Origin: a phage
Sequence record: OZ335960.1
DNA: 64,000 bases
Direction: 5' to 3' (one strand)
The notes beneath the pieces are model-generated. The model saw only the letters and a program-made list of their open reading frames with translations. It did no database searches and was not told the DNA's origin. Within the stretch, counting starts at the first letter, position 1, and each line of letters opens with the position of its first letter. The position numbers and the translations under genes were made by a program. Positions 32,829 to 44,219 of this stretch are shown piece by piece.

Positions 32829-33021
32829 TACTTATAATTTCAACATCAGCCCAATGACCATAGCAAGGAAGACGAAATTCAACTGGCCAGTTAGGGTCCT
32901 TTTCTAATATAATAGACTCAACTCGTGGTTCTTCATGTTCATCAGTATATGGATTTTTATCTGTTACTTTATATGTGACCTTAATGTACTGAATTCCAAA
33001 AATCTTATTAATTATATTCAT
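32815..33021 (-). CDS. Hypothetical protein
   Basis: 68-aa ORF in 30.x cluster. Confidence 0.5.
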   Translation of the reverse strand: MNIINKIFGIQYIKVTYKVTDKNPYTDEHEEPRVESIILEKDPNWPVEFRLPCYGHWADVEIISIENV

Positions 33022-33215
33022 ACTAATTCCTTTAATCCGTAAATAGGAGATAATTCATCGCCCATACGAAGGTCTTCATTTCCATCTACCCAGGAAACAA
33101 TATAAGCCTCTTTTATTTGAATACCACTCCATTTAAATGGAGGTAGAACCTTAGAAATTAATCCAGGTATACCAACTCCCTTTAATTCAACAGTTTGACC
33201 TAAAAAGAATTTCAT
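33018..33215 (-). CDS. Hypothetical protein
   Basis: 65-aa ORF in 30.x cluster. Confidence 0.5.
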   Translation of the reverse strand: MKFFLGQTVELKGVGIPGLISKVLPPFKWSGIQIKEAYIVSWVDGNEDLRMGDELSPIYGLKELV

Positions 33216-33502
33216 TAGAACCTCATCTGAAAACCGTGCGATTTAACATTACCGCCGCCAATATCAGAAATGTTAATTTCACGCGCAATTGAAGGGTCAA
33301 TGTCAATTTCACGATTGAGTTTAGTGATAGCTAAAGTATCGCGCCCATTTACAGTACGGAATTCTAAAGGACATACTACATTAACGTAGTTTTTAATCGA
33401 TTCGCTAGTAGGTTGCAAATGAGCAGGAAGGTCTTTAGGCGCCTTAGAGAAAACTACTTCGCAGAAGTTTTTACGAGTATCAAAATAAGTAGTCATAAAC
33501 AT
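33215..33502 (-). CDS. Hypothetical protein
   Basis: 95-aa ORF in 30.x cluster. Confidence 0.55.
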   Translation of the reverse strand: MFMTTYFDTRKNFCEVVFSKAPKDLPAHLQPTSESIKNYVNVVCPLEFRTVNGRDTLAITKLNREIDIDPSIAREINISDIGGGNVKSHGFQMRF

Positions 33503-33517
33503 AGTATTTTCCTCAGT

Positions 33518-33545
33518 AAGGGGCCGAAGCCCCTTATTTTATTTT
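33518..33545. terminator. Hairpin AAGGGGC-CGAA-GCCCCTT with T-tract on the plus strand
   Basis: Sits between minus-strand ORFs; T-tract orientation suggests it stops plus-strand (antisense/late) read-through. Confidence 0.5.
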
Positions 33546-33909
33546 AAATATCAAATTCGTTAAGAACTACATCAAAGATTGCTTCAAGATGCTCAGGTTT
33601 AGCTTTGTTACTCAGAATATGACGAATCCAAGTTTTAACCAGAAGTTTACGATTGACGCCATTCCAGCAAGGATGAGTCCCTAAATCACGTTGACGGAAA
33701 TCATCATCCAGAGCGATTTTAAAAGAAGAACCTTCTTTCGTGATTGAAACCGTGATGCCATTTTCAAATCGCATATAAACGTAGTTAGGAGTCATATACT
33801 GTTCAATTTCGCATACTGATCCATTTTGATGTTTCCAAAGGCAGATAGTATCAATAGAACCTGCAATACCATTAGAAACATATTTACGTTCAAAGTTGAT
33901 GTAGTTCAT
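33544..33909 (-). CDS. Hypothetical protein
   Basis: 121-aa ORF with own early promoter upstream. Confidence 0.6.
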   Translation of the reverse strand: MNYINFERKYVSNGIAGSIDTICLWKHQNGSVCEIEQYMTPNYVYMRFENGITVSITKEGSSFKIALDDDFRQRDLGTHPCWNGVNRKLLVKTWIRHILSNKAKPEHLEAIFDVVLNEFDI

Positions 33910-33946
33910 TTTTATTCTCCGAGATGTTTAATTGCGGTACAGGTAT

Positions 33947-33975
33947 ATAATATCATATCCTGTACCAAAGTAAAC
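33947..33975 (-). promoter_or_regulatory. T4-type early promoter (GTTTAC - 17 bp - TATTAT)
   Basis: Minus-strand -35 GTTTAC and -10 TATTAT upstream of ORF 33544..33909. Confidence 0.65.
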
Positions 33976-33977
33976 AA

Positions 33978-34310
33978 TTATTTTACTACTTTCCAGTGCT
34001 GCATGTCAAGTTTACCAACTTTTTTCATCTTCTCAATTAAGCGTTCGGCACGTTGGCGAGCTGTAACATAATACCATTCACCCAATTCATTTTGTTCAAT
34101 TTTTCCAACGATTACTGTATTCAATTCATAAATCCAACCAGTAAAGAAATTATGAACTTGAATTGTAAAGGTGAAATCTGTTCCCATACCTTCTGTTGTT
34201 TCTACTTCAATAATATCACCTTCAACTGCCATTAAGAACCACATAGTTTCATCATATTTACCATTGAAGCATTTAGTTTTAACTGTAGCGTTCAGATTAA
34301 TCGTTTTCAT
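33978..34310 (-). CDS. Hypothetical protein
   Basis: 110-aa ORF; early promoter and AAGGAG SD upstream. Confidence 0.6.
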   Translation of the reverse strand: MKTINLNATVKTKCFNGKYDETMWFLMAVEGDIIEVETTEGMGTDFTFTIQVHNFFTGWIYELNTVIVGKIEQNELGEWYYVTARQRAERLIEKMKKVGKLDMQHWKVVK

Positions 34311-34337
34311 TTTATTCTCCTTTGTTTGTGTAAGATA

Positions 34338-34367
34338 ATACTATCACAAAGGAACCATACTGTAAAC
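34338..34367 (-). promoter_or_regulatory. T4-type early promoter (GTTTAC - 18 bp - TAGTAT)
   Basis: Minus-strand AAAGTTGTTTAC...TAGTATTAT then AAGGAG SD and ATG of ORF 33978..34310. Confidence 0.7.
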
Positions 34368-34383
34368 AACTTTGTGCAATCTT

Positions 34384-34410
34384 TGGAAAATAAAAAAGGA
34401 CTCCCGAAGG
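34384..34410 (-). terminator. Terminator after the 30.9-position ORF (minus strand)
   Basis: Minus strand AGGACTCC-TTCG-GGAGTCCT followed by TTTTTTAT. Confidence 0.7.
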
Positions 34411-34420
34411 AGTCCTCAAC

Positions 34421-34639
34421 TTATGCTTTCTGCTTACCAAAACGAGAAGCATCATCTCGAAGAACCGCACGTGCTCGGCGCATGATCTTCTCAACAGTTT
34501 GATTGATACGAGAGTTCGACCCACGCTTGTAGCCAGCGCGTTTAGAATCACCAACTTTCTTTTCAACTGCTTTCTTTGCTTTAGCTTGTTTTGCCATTAT
34601 AAATTCTCTTTTAAATGAAAATGCAGGACTTATTGGCAT
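34421..34639 (-). CDS. Small basic protein (T4 30.9 position); true start probably internal ATG giving MAKQAKAKK...
   Basis: 72-aa ORF as tracked; Lys/Arg-rich; followed by hairpin plus T-tract terminator on minus strand. Confidence 0.5.
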   Translation of the reverse strand: MPISPAFSFKREFIMAKQAKAKKAVEKKVGDSKRAGYKRGSNSRINQTVEKIMRRARAVLRDDASRFGKQKA

Positions 34640-34992
34640 TGCCTGCGCAAGCCCTCAAGGGGAACATAGGTTTTGTATATTTACCGACAGGATAACCATA
34701 AACCCGTCAACATACCTTATAGCTCTTATCTGTTGCACACCGTTAGCTTAAAGGTTCCGGGTTCGATTTCTCGAGGATAAGATATATACTGATGGATATA
34801 TAGGCCTTGAGGCGTACTCCCGATTAGCCATCACCTCGGGGTAGCATGCACTTGCCGCTATAAAATAACATTCAAGAGGTACACCGTAAAACTGCCGGGG
34901 TCTTAAAACTATAATGATTCGCAAATCATTAATCAGACAGTTCGACGGCTCCTCGTTTTAACTTCACACTAAGGCAGTGACTCTCCAATAAA
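34640..34992. other. 352-bp ORF-free, GC-elevated, inverted-repeat-rich segment between rIII and the 30.9-position ORF; candidate structured RNA or gene remnant
   Basis: No ORF above ~25 codons on either strand; stops in all frames; ~44% GC by hand count against visibly AT-rich flanking DNA; several local and long-range inverted repeats. Confidence 0.5.
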
Positions 34993-35241
34993 TTACTTCA
35001 GTGTTACCACAAAGTGACGAACTGCTTTTCGTGCAGCAGAAGCCAGTGGCTTAGCATATTTAAGTTCATCTTTTTCCTGAAGCTCAGCAGCTAATGCAGT
35101 TTGAGCAGGATTCAGATGTTTGAAATAACGCAGGATTTCAAGAGCTTCGGCTTCAACATCAATAGATGCGCCATAGTTTTCGTGACCATTATTCCATGCG
35201 TTTCGTTGCAGTTCAAGAGCGTGTTGTAATTGTTTAATCAT
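34993..35241 (-). CDS. rIII: rIII lysis-inhibition accessory protein (putative)
   Basis: 82-aa ORF immediately downstream of gene 31 on minus strand, the T4 rIII position and length as I recall. Confidence 0.6.
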   Translation of the reverse strand: MIKQLQHALELQRNAWNNGHENYGASIDVEAEALEILRYFKHLNPAQTALAAELQEKDELKYAKPLASAARKAVRHFVVTLK

Positions 35242-35380
35242 TTAAAAATTCTCGTTAGAGATTAAAACTCGGTAGTCACGTTCTTCTGAATTTCATCTTC
35301 TTTCGACAGATCTCTCAGTTGTAGACTACCACATAGAATTGTTCGGTTAACTTATTATTCCGACACCCAATTCATATTAT

Positions 35381-35388
35381 TATTTATA
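35381..35388 (-). promoter_or_regulatory. Late promoter box TATAAATA (rIII upstream, minus strand)
   Basis: Forward TATTTATA just after the gene 31 stop, ~140 bp upstream of rIII. Confidence 0.4.
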
Positions 35389-35724
35389 TCACTTATAAAG
35401 ACACGGAATAGCTTTATAGTGACAGGTAACGAATTTTTGTTTAATTTCTTTTGGCTGCTTAAGACCCAGAGCTACAAAAGGATGCGGAACGTTTCGAATT
35501 TGACCAACTGGAAGAGAAGTCAAATCACCAACTTCGCAGAAACCTTCAGGAACATCAGGACCAACGGAGTGAACTACACACAGTTCAGGAACTTCACCTT
35601 GAACACGTTTACCGATAATAAGTCCTGATTCTGTAACTTCTTCATCACCGGCTTGTGCAGGTTCAGAAACTAAAATAACATATTCACCGACAGCACGAAT
35701 TGGTAGCTGTTGTACTTCAGACAT
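35389..35724 (-). CDS. 31: gp31 co-chaperonin (GroES-like)
   Basis: 111-aa ORF (T4 gp31 length); mobile-loop-like region. Confidence 0.9.
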
Positions 35725-35780
35725 CGTTTTTCCTTTTTGTTAACAGATGAATTAATAATAACAAATAATTCTTAAAGCAT

Positions 35781-36089
35781 TTATTTACCAATAAATTGAA
35801 GCAAATGCTCAACTTTCATACCATTAACGGAAATCAATTTGTCAATAGAAAAACCTCGCCATGCACCGAGTTCAACATCAAATACTGGAATCATATCAGT
35901 AGATTCTTTCCGAGCAGATTCAGTCAATTTACCAGTTTGCATGGTTGGCATAAAGTCTGCATCGCGAGTACCTTTCATAGTACGAATAGTACCATCAGAC
36001 TTTTCAAAAACTACATTTGAAATACCCATGGACAATTTAGTTTTCAAAATTTCACGAATTGCTACTTTTTGTTCAGTCGTCAGTTTCAT
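35781..36089 (-). CDS. Hypothetical protein (31.1 position)
   Basis: 102-aa ORF. Confidence 0.6.
   Translation of the reverse strand: MKLTTEQKVAIREILKTKLSMGISNVVFEKSDGTIRTMKGTRDADFMPTMQTGKLTESARKESTDMIPVFDVELGAWRGFSIDKLISVNGMKVEHLLQFIGK
35797..35804 (-). promoter_or_regulatory. Candidate MotA box (TTGCTTCA) of a middle promoter upstream of gene 31
   Basis: Minus-strand TTGCTTCA about 70 bp upstream of gene 31 ATG; a -10-like element follows; weak, motif-only. Confidence 0.3.
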
Positions 36090-36326
36090 TTATTTACCTA
36101 TTACAGTTTTATGATAAATTGTTCCACGTTCTTTAAGAGTGGAAAGTAATTTTTGATATTTTTCTAAATCAGATTTCCAACTATGCGGTCTATCAATACA
36201 AACCCAGTTTGATTTATAATACTGTTTCCACCTAGAGAAAAAATATTTCTTATACTCTACAGCAAATGAAATGTTCTCGGTAGAATAAGAACTAATTGCT
36301 GTGAGCTGTACCAAACGAAATTTCAT
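36090..36326 (-). CDS. Hypothetical protein (31.2 position)
   Basis: 78-aa ORF. Confidence 0.55.
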   Translation of the reverse strand: MKFRLVQLTAISSYSTENISFAVEYKKYFFSRWKQYYKSNWVCIDRPHSWKSDLEKYQKLLSTLKERGTIYHKTVIGK

Positions 36327-36907
36327 TATTCACCACAGAATTCGTTGATATTTTCCCAGTTTAACTTATTCAAGTTTTTCTTAGGAACATTAAACACTTC
36401 AATACCTGCATTTCGCAGAATATCATCCCAGCCAGGTTTATTTTTATCGTATGTTTCGCAATAAACCAGCTTTTTAATACCAGATTGAGCTATCGCTTTT
36501 GCGCAATCTGGGCAAGGAGAAAGTGTTACATACATAGTAGCACCTTCAATTGAAGAACCGTTTCGTGCAGCAAACAAAATCGCATTTAGTTCAGCATGAA
36601 TTTCATTTTTAGACGACCATTCAGAGTGAGCGCTACGGTGTTCTTTCGCCAAGACAAAACGATCAGTTGAACCAAACGATACACATTCAGGCTTATGACC
36701 TTGAATGATAGTATGTTTAGGCTTATTCAGCAACCAACCTTGCTCGGCAGCATAATCACAACAATTCACACCACCAGCAGGTGAACCATTATATCCGGTA
36801 GAAATAATACGCCCATTCTTTTCAATTACTGCTCCTACCTTCCAGGAGCAGCATTTTGATTCTTGTGATACTAAATATGCAATTTGAAGTACTGTACTCG
36901 CTTTCAT
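36326..36907 (-). CDS. cd: dCMP deaminase
   Basis: 193-aa ORF; zinc-binding deaminase motifs HAELNAI and PCPDCA. Confidence 0.92.
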   Translation of the reverse strand: MKASTVLQIAYLVSQESKCCSWKVGAVIEKNGRIISTGYNGSPAGGVNCCDYAAEQGWLLNKPKHTIIQGHKPECVSFGSTDRFVLAKEHRSAHSEWSSKNEIHAELNAILFAARNGSSIEGATMYVTLSPCPDCAKAIAQSGIKKLVYCETYDKNKPGWDDILRNAGIEVFNVPKKNLNKLNWENINEFCGE

Positions 36908-37242
36908 TTCATAATCACCAGATAAGCAGATTTAGCAGTTTCAACACGATAAATTTCGTGACGAAGTTTAGTTATACTTTTAATAACAGAACTAATTATA
37001 TTCTGCCCATCTTTAAAGCGGTTTTTCTTATCAATAAAAATTGCGCCAACCATCTTTTTGTGAAGCTCAACTGGATACTTCGTCACAATAATAGCATCAT
37101 ACACAGAAGGATGAATACTATTCACTAAAGTATCATTCATTAAAGTTATTCTAATGAACTGTGCTGTTTCAGAATCAAGCGCTCTATGATCGCCAGTATC
37201 ATTTTCAAGACAATTATCAATTATATCAGTTAAATTCATCAT
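36904..37242 (-). CDS. Hypothetical protein (cd-pseT cluster)
   Basis: 112-aa ORF. Confidence 0.55.
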   Translation of the reverse strand: MMNLTDIIDNCLENDTGDHRALDSETAQFIRITLMNDTLVNSIHPSVYDAIIVTKYPVELHKKMVGAIFIDKKNRFKDGQNIISSVIKSITKLRHEIYRVETAKSAYLVIMK

Positions 37243-37475
37243 AGTACGCCATACACCCTTTGTGCTTCAACTAATCCATCAAAATCCAATTTGAGATGTG
37301 TTATTTGGTCACCATCACCTGGATTCACAATTACTAATACTGAACGAGGAGTTTCGGTAATAACGCGAACCGATGTTTCTGGAAATCGTTCAGAAACCTT
37401 ATTTACCAATTCCTGAGCAAATAGTTTAACTTTTTCTTGGAATTCTTTAACAGTAATTGGTTTTTCACTTAGCAT
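37239..37475 (-). CDS. Hypothetical protein (cd-pseT cluster)
   Basis: 78-aa ORF. Confidence 0.55.
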   Translation of the reverse strand: MLSEKPITVKEFQEKVKLFAQELVNKVSERFPETSVRVITETPRSVLVIVNPGDGDQITHLKLDFDGLVEAQRVYGVL

Positions 37476-37996
37476 GTTGATCCTAGCTCCTTACTTTCAA
37501 CGTTTTTAACTAATTTGACAGAAACTAATTCGGCATCTTGGGTAATCATTACCGGGCCTTCTTTATACTCTTCAAGATATTCTAGAGCTTTCTTTTTAGC
37601 TTCTTCCTTCGTATCAGTTTGAGCATAGATATAAAACATACAACCAGTAATACCTACTACTTTCCACTTAATTTCTTTATCAGTTTTAATTTCAAATTTA
37701 CTGACAGAATCATCTTTTTGAACTTCTTCGAAAAAAGAATATTCTAACATATAAGCAATTGAAAATAACGGGCTAACTTTATAGGATTCGCCCATTACAT
37801 CAACAGCTTTATACCAACAGTCATCAATTTCGCGTTTAATGCTAATAACATTTTTCGCAGGATCTATTTTTACTTTAAATGAATTTTCTCCAATAAACTG
37901 AGCAATTCGTTTATTAGCCCCGCAAGTTTCATTAAAAATATCTTTATATCCAGCTTTAAAGCGATAAACCTTATCTTCTTCAAACCATTCGCTCAT
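37469..37996 (-). CDS. Hypothetical protein (cd-pseT cluster)
   Basis: 175-aa ORF with early promoter and SD upstream. Confidence 0.6.
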   Translation of the reverse strand: MSEWFEEDKVYRFKAGYKDIFNETCGANKRIAQFIGENSFKVKIDPAKNVISIKREIDDCWYKAVDVMGESYKVSPLFSIAYMLEYSFFEEVQKDDSVSKFEIKTDKEIKWKVVGITGCMFYIYAQTDTKEEAKKKALEYLEEYKEGPVMITQDAELVSVKLVKNVESKELGSTC

Positions 37997-38026
37997 TTCA
38001 ATTTCCTCATTTGTTTTGGTAGAGCT

Positions 38027-38056
38027 ATAATATCACAACTCTACCATAAAGTAAAC
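38027..38056 (-). promoter_or_regulatory. T4-type early promoter (GTTTAC - 18 bp - TATTAT)
   Basis: Minus-strand -35/-10 upstream of ORF 37469..37996. Confidence 0.7.
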
Positions 38057-38058
38057 CA

Positions 38059-38340
38059 TTAAATTGCTTTGAATTCTGATGTCTGTGATTCAAAGCGAAT
38101 ATCGCCTTTGATGACTAGCTCAGCATCAAGACCAAATACGACAATGATATGCGCGAAACCCGGATACAGCGTAATTGCAATAGAATCCACCTGGTCTGGA
38201 AGCAAAGTGTTCAATACATGAGTCACTTGAGCATGAATTCGAAGCTCGGCTGCGTTATCAAGCTTTTCAAACATATTATTAGCGATAATTTGACTAAACA
38301 CTACTTCTACGATTTTAGAATAAGTCGGAAACATATTCAC
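38059..38340 (-). CDS. Hypothetical protein (cd-pseT cluster)
   Basis: 93-aa ORF. Confidence 0.55.
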   Translation of the reverse strand: MNMFPTYSKIVEVVFSQIIANNMFEKLDNAAELRIHAQVTHVLNTLLPDQVDSIAITLYPGFAHIIVVFGLDAELVIKGDIRFESQTSEFKAI

Positions 38341-38537
38341 CCCACATAATTTTCTTCAAGCCAATTAATAACATCCAACGCATTATCAAAAGTTGAACCA
38401 TCTACTATGTCTTCTGTTTCATAATCAAGAATATCTAAGTCTATTCTTCCATCAACAATAGGCCATAAACAAAATAGATATTTCTTTTCTTTTTCAATTT
38501 TATCACAAAGTCGATAAATCTTTTCTATGTTATTCAT
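38337..38537 (-). CDS. Hypothetical protein (cd-pseT cluster)
   Basis: 66-aa ORF. Confidence 0.5.
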   Translation of the reverse strand: MNNIEKIYRLCDKIEKEKKYLFCLWPIVDGRIDLDILDYETEDIVDGSTFDNALDVINWLEENYVG

Positions 38538-38726
38538 AAGTTTTCCATGGTAAAGGCAGTTTAGTTTTCTTTACTGTTAGTTCAACATCAGGATTCTTTT
38601 CCCTTAATTTAAGACATTCCTCCCAAGCTCTGTTTTCACTAGTGAAAACACAAAATTGCCCATTACTAGTACCAACTAAACCGCTATTTACAATAACAAT
38701 AGCCCAAGTTTCATGATGCAAAGCCA

Positions 38727-38727
<1 letters not shown>
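38530..38727 (-). CDS. Hypothetical protein (cd-pseT cluster)
   Basis: 65-aa ORF. Confidence 0.5.
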
Positions 38728-39948
<1,221 letters not shown>

Positions 39949-39952
<4 letters not shown>

Positions 39953-40185
39953 CTATTTTCCTCAACCAATGATTGAATATAATCATGCAAGTCTTTAGAT
40001 GCTTTACCCCACTTATTTTGGTATTCATTTTTAAGATTAGCACGAGATTGAGCTAATAAAACATCATTAGTTGGAGGTAAAGATTCTAACCGCTGAATCT
40101 GGCGTCCGTAAATCATTGCAGCCATCTCGGATTCATAAATCAATCCTTTGAGATGTTCAAATTGATGCCATGAAATCATTTGCAT
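39949..40185 (-). CDS. Hypothetical protein (pseT-upstream)
   Basis: 78-aa ORF. Confidence 0.5.
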
Positions 40186-40475
40186 TTATCCTCTTTTAAC
40201 TCTTGGCGATAATAACATATCATAGTTTTCTGATCATGTACATATCGTTTTACATCATTAAGCCAAATACGAAATTCCTGGGAATCTTCGAATGGCATAC
40301 CGACCCAAGCTTTACCATCAATAACTTTAACTTGCCAGGATAGTTTAGCTTCATCATATGACTTTATTTGTACAGGCCAATTAGGATGAACTGTTTCTTT
40401 CTTTACTTCTAGAGGCTTTGTCGAACAACCAACTAGAAGACCAATAGATAATATTACTGCTGATAGTTTAATCAT
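40176..40475 (-). CDS. Outer-membrane spanin lipoprotein (o-spanin) candidate
   Basis: 99-aa ORF; signal peptide with lipobox LLVGCS; overlaps the upstream i-spanin candidate. Confidence 0.7.
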   Translation of the reverse strand: MIKLSAVILSIGLLVGCSTKPLEVKKETVHPNWPVQIKSYDEAKLSWQVKVIDGKAWVGMPFEDSQEFRIWLNDVKRYVHDQKTMICYYRQELKEDKCK

Positions 40476-40825
40476 TTAGAAAGGTCCTGGATGTCTTCTG
40501 CGAACTTGTTGAAGGAGTTATTGATTTGTTTTTCAACCAATCCTGGCTTATGAGCCACCACATCCGCCTTCTTTGCGTCTTTGCGCAGTTTTTCATTTTC
40601 ACGCTCAATAGCAGCAATTGCCTCACGATTTTTATTATTCATCGCATCAATATAATTATACTGAATTCGCAAATTATTTAATGCTAAAGCGTTTTCATTG
40701 GCCGTTTTTGTAATTTCTACAACAGACGTTTCTAATCTTTCAATTTTATTTTTTAAAATTAAAGAAGTTCCGCCCAATGCAATTACAATTAATAGCAAGC
40801 CTGTTGTCGTATTACTTAATTGCAT
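40472..40825 (-). CDS. Inner-membrane spanin (i-spanin) candidate
   Basis: 117-aa ORF; N-terminal TM helix (GLLLIVIALGGTSLIL) followed by predicted coiled coil. Confidence 0.7.
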   Translation of the reverse strand: MQLSNTTTGLLLIVIALGGTSLILKNKIERLETSVVEITKTANENALALNNLRIQYNYIDAMNNKNREAIAAIERENEKLRKDAKKADVVAHKPGLVEKQINNSFNKFAEDIQDLSK

Positions 40826-41322
40826 AAAGTTTTAATAACCTCTATAATATCGTCTTGAGAAAGACCGTTAATTAAAATATGATGTTCAGCAGGAGATTTA
40901 GAAATTTTAAAGCATGCCTCAACATCTTCTGCCATATCCGATGCGCTGCGATTTGGATTACTAATTCCAAGACGATGTTTTCCCGTTAAAGGATTAACGA
41001 TGATATAGCATTTACAGTTGTTGATATGAACATTAGGTTGAGTCTGATTAATGAACACATCACAATCATATTTCGCAAGCTGATTTTCTAAAAAGACTTT
41101 CATCTCCTCAACCGCATCAGGAAGCATATCACGGGCTTGCTCAAGACGACGATTTCGATATTCTTTAATGGTCGTTTTCCGCTTGACTTGCTTAGCTAAA
41201 TCTTTCTTAAGATCGGTGATATATCCAACTCGACGATTTCCTTTAAATACAGAAATCCCATCTGTAGTATCACCGTATGCTTCAACGACCATCTCAGTAG
41301 TAATAAGCTGTAAATCCATCAT
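40816..41322 (-). CDS. alc: Alc, inhibitor of host transcription
   Basis: 168-aa ORF at the T4 alc position (between pseT cluster and rnlA); early promoter upstream. Confidence 0.85.
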   Translation of the reverse strand: MMDLQLITTEMVVEAYGDTTDGISVFKGNRRVGYITDLKKDLAKQVKRKTTIKEYRNRRLEQARDMLPDAVEEMKVFLENQLAKYDCDVFINQTQPNVHINNCKCYIIVNPLTGKHRLGISNPNRSASDMAEDVEACFKISKSPAEHHILINGLSQDDIIEVIKTLCN

Positions 41323-41350
41323 AAAGTCCTCATGTTATGTCAGTAAGACT

Positions 41351-41380
41351 ACTATAACACAACACGAGGGACTTGTAAAC
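41351..41380 (-). promoter_or_regulatory. T4-type early promoter for alc (GTTTAC - 17 bp - TTATAGT)
   Basis: Near-identical to the promoter/leader at 25361..25410. Confidence 0.75.
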
Positions 41381-41383
41381 AGC

Positions 41384-42971
<1,588 letters not shown>

Positions 42972-42978
42972 AATAAAA

Positions 42979-42994
42979 TGGGCCTTACGGCCCA
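42979..42994 (-). terminator. Hairpin TGGGCC-TTAC-GGCCCA between nrdB and denA
   Basis: On the minus strand followed by TTTTATT and then the denA ATG. Confidence 0.5.
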
Positions 42995-42998
42995 CTCC

Positions 42999-44168
42999 TT
43001 AAAAATATTTTTTAAAACTCATCATAACTTTATCATCAACATCATTATCAATCTGTGCTACAAGGTAAGATGAAAGTTCTACTTCTTGTGGCGCGGATTG
43101 AACATTATCAGAATTAAGATATTCACGAATCCAAGGATACGGATGTTTAACCGGAGCATCAGTAATTGGGCATGGAAGACCACACTGTTTCATACGAGAT
43201 ACAGTTAAGTAATCAATAAAGCTCCACATGCTATTTGTATTTAATCCAGGAACATCACCATCTTTAAATAAATGAACTGCCCAGTCTTTTTCTTGGCGGT
43301 TAACTTCCATGAAAATATCAACTGCTTCTTGTTCACACTCTTGGGCGATTTTAACCCATTCATCACCATCAGTGCCAAGTTGAAGTTGACGAATAATATA
43401 TTGGGTGCCTTTAAGGTGAAGCTGCTCATCACGTGCAATGAACTTCATAATCTTGGCATTACCTTCCATGATTTCCATGTTTTTATGGAAGTTAAAGGTA
43501 CACGCGAAAGATACATAAAAACGAATAGCTTCCAATGCGTTGATTACATGAAGGCAAAGATAAAGAGATTTCATTAGTGCTCGTTTAGTACATTCAACAA
43601 CTTTGCCTAACTCTTCTTTGCGAAATCCTTCTGATAAAATTCCTTCATAATCTTCAACCGCATTCTGATATTCACGAGTCTTAACTAGAACATCATCGTA
43701 ATAGCGACCAATAGATTCAGCACGTTTCATAATAGCTTTATCTAATACAATCTCATCAAACACTTTTGACGGATCAGTATAAAGATTTCGCATAATATGA
43801 GTGTATGAACGGCTGTGAATAGTTTCACTAAAAGTCCATGTAGCAACCCATGTATCAAGACTTGGGTCTGAAATTAACGACATAAGTACAGCAGACGGTG
43901 CACGACCCTGAATGCTATCTAGAAGTGATTGATACTTCAGGTTATTAGTAAAAATATCTTGCTGATACTGAGGAAGCTTGTTAAATTGTGCAGCATCCAT
44001 CATCAAGTTTACTTCTTCAGGACGCCAGAAAAATGACAATTGCTTTTCGGTTAAATCTTCAAAAACTTTATGACGTTGAATATCATAACGCGCAATACCA
44101 AGACCTGAACCGAAGAACATAGGTTCTTTTAAAACATCAACTGGATTTGTATTAAAAACTGTGCTCAT
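42999..44168 (-). CDS. nrdB: Ribonucleotide reductase small subunit, uninterrupted
   Basis: 389-aa continuous ORF with diiron ligand character; no intron. Confidence 0.93.
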   Translation of the reverse strand: MSTVFNTNPVDVLKEPMFFGSGLGIARYDIQRHKVFEDLTEKQLSFFWRPEEVNLMMDAAQFNKLPQYQQDIFTNNLKYQSLLDSIQGRAPSAVLMSLISDPSLDTWVATWTFSETIHSRSYTHIMRNLYTDPSKVFDEIVLDKAIMKRAESIGRYYDDVLVKTREYQNAVEDYEGILSEGFRKEELGKVVECTKRALMKSLYLCLHVINALEAIRFYVSFACTFNFHKNMEIMEGNAKIMKFIARDEQLHLKGTQYIIRQLQLGTDGDEWVKIAQECEQEAVDIFMEVNRQEKDWAVHLFKDGDVPGLNTNSMWSFIDYLTVSRMKQCGLPCPITDAPVKHPYPWIREYLNSDNVQSAPQEVELSSYLVAQIDNDVDDKVMMSFKKYF

Positions 44169-44219
44169 AAATTTTCCGCTTAGTTAATAGATAGTGACTC
44201 GTCCGTGAGTCAAATTATA

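Noticed and set aside
34312-34566. 84-aa minus-strand ORF overlapping the 30.9-position ORF
   Set aside because: Out of frame with the better-supported basic small protein and spans the terminator hairpin; no SD.
34750-34776. Possible tRNA gene, suggested by the T-loop-like GGTTCGATTTC
   Set aside because: No 17-nt window around the motif gives a 5-bp T-stem, and no matching acceptor or D-arm was found on either strand. Kept only as part of the unexplained non-coding island.
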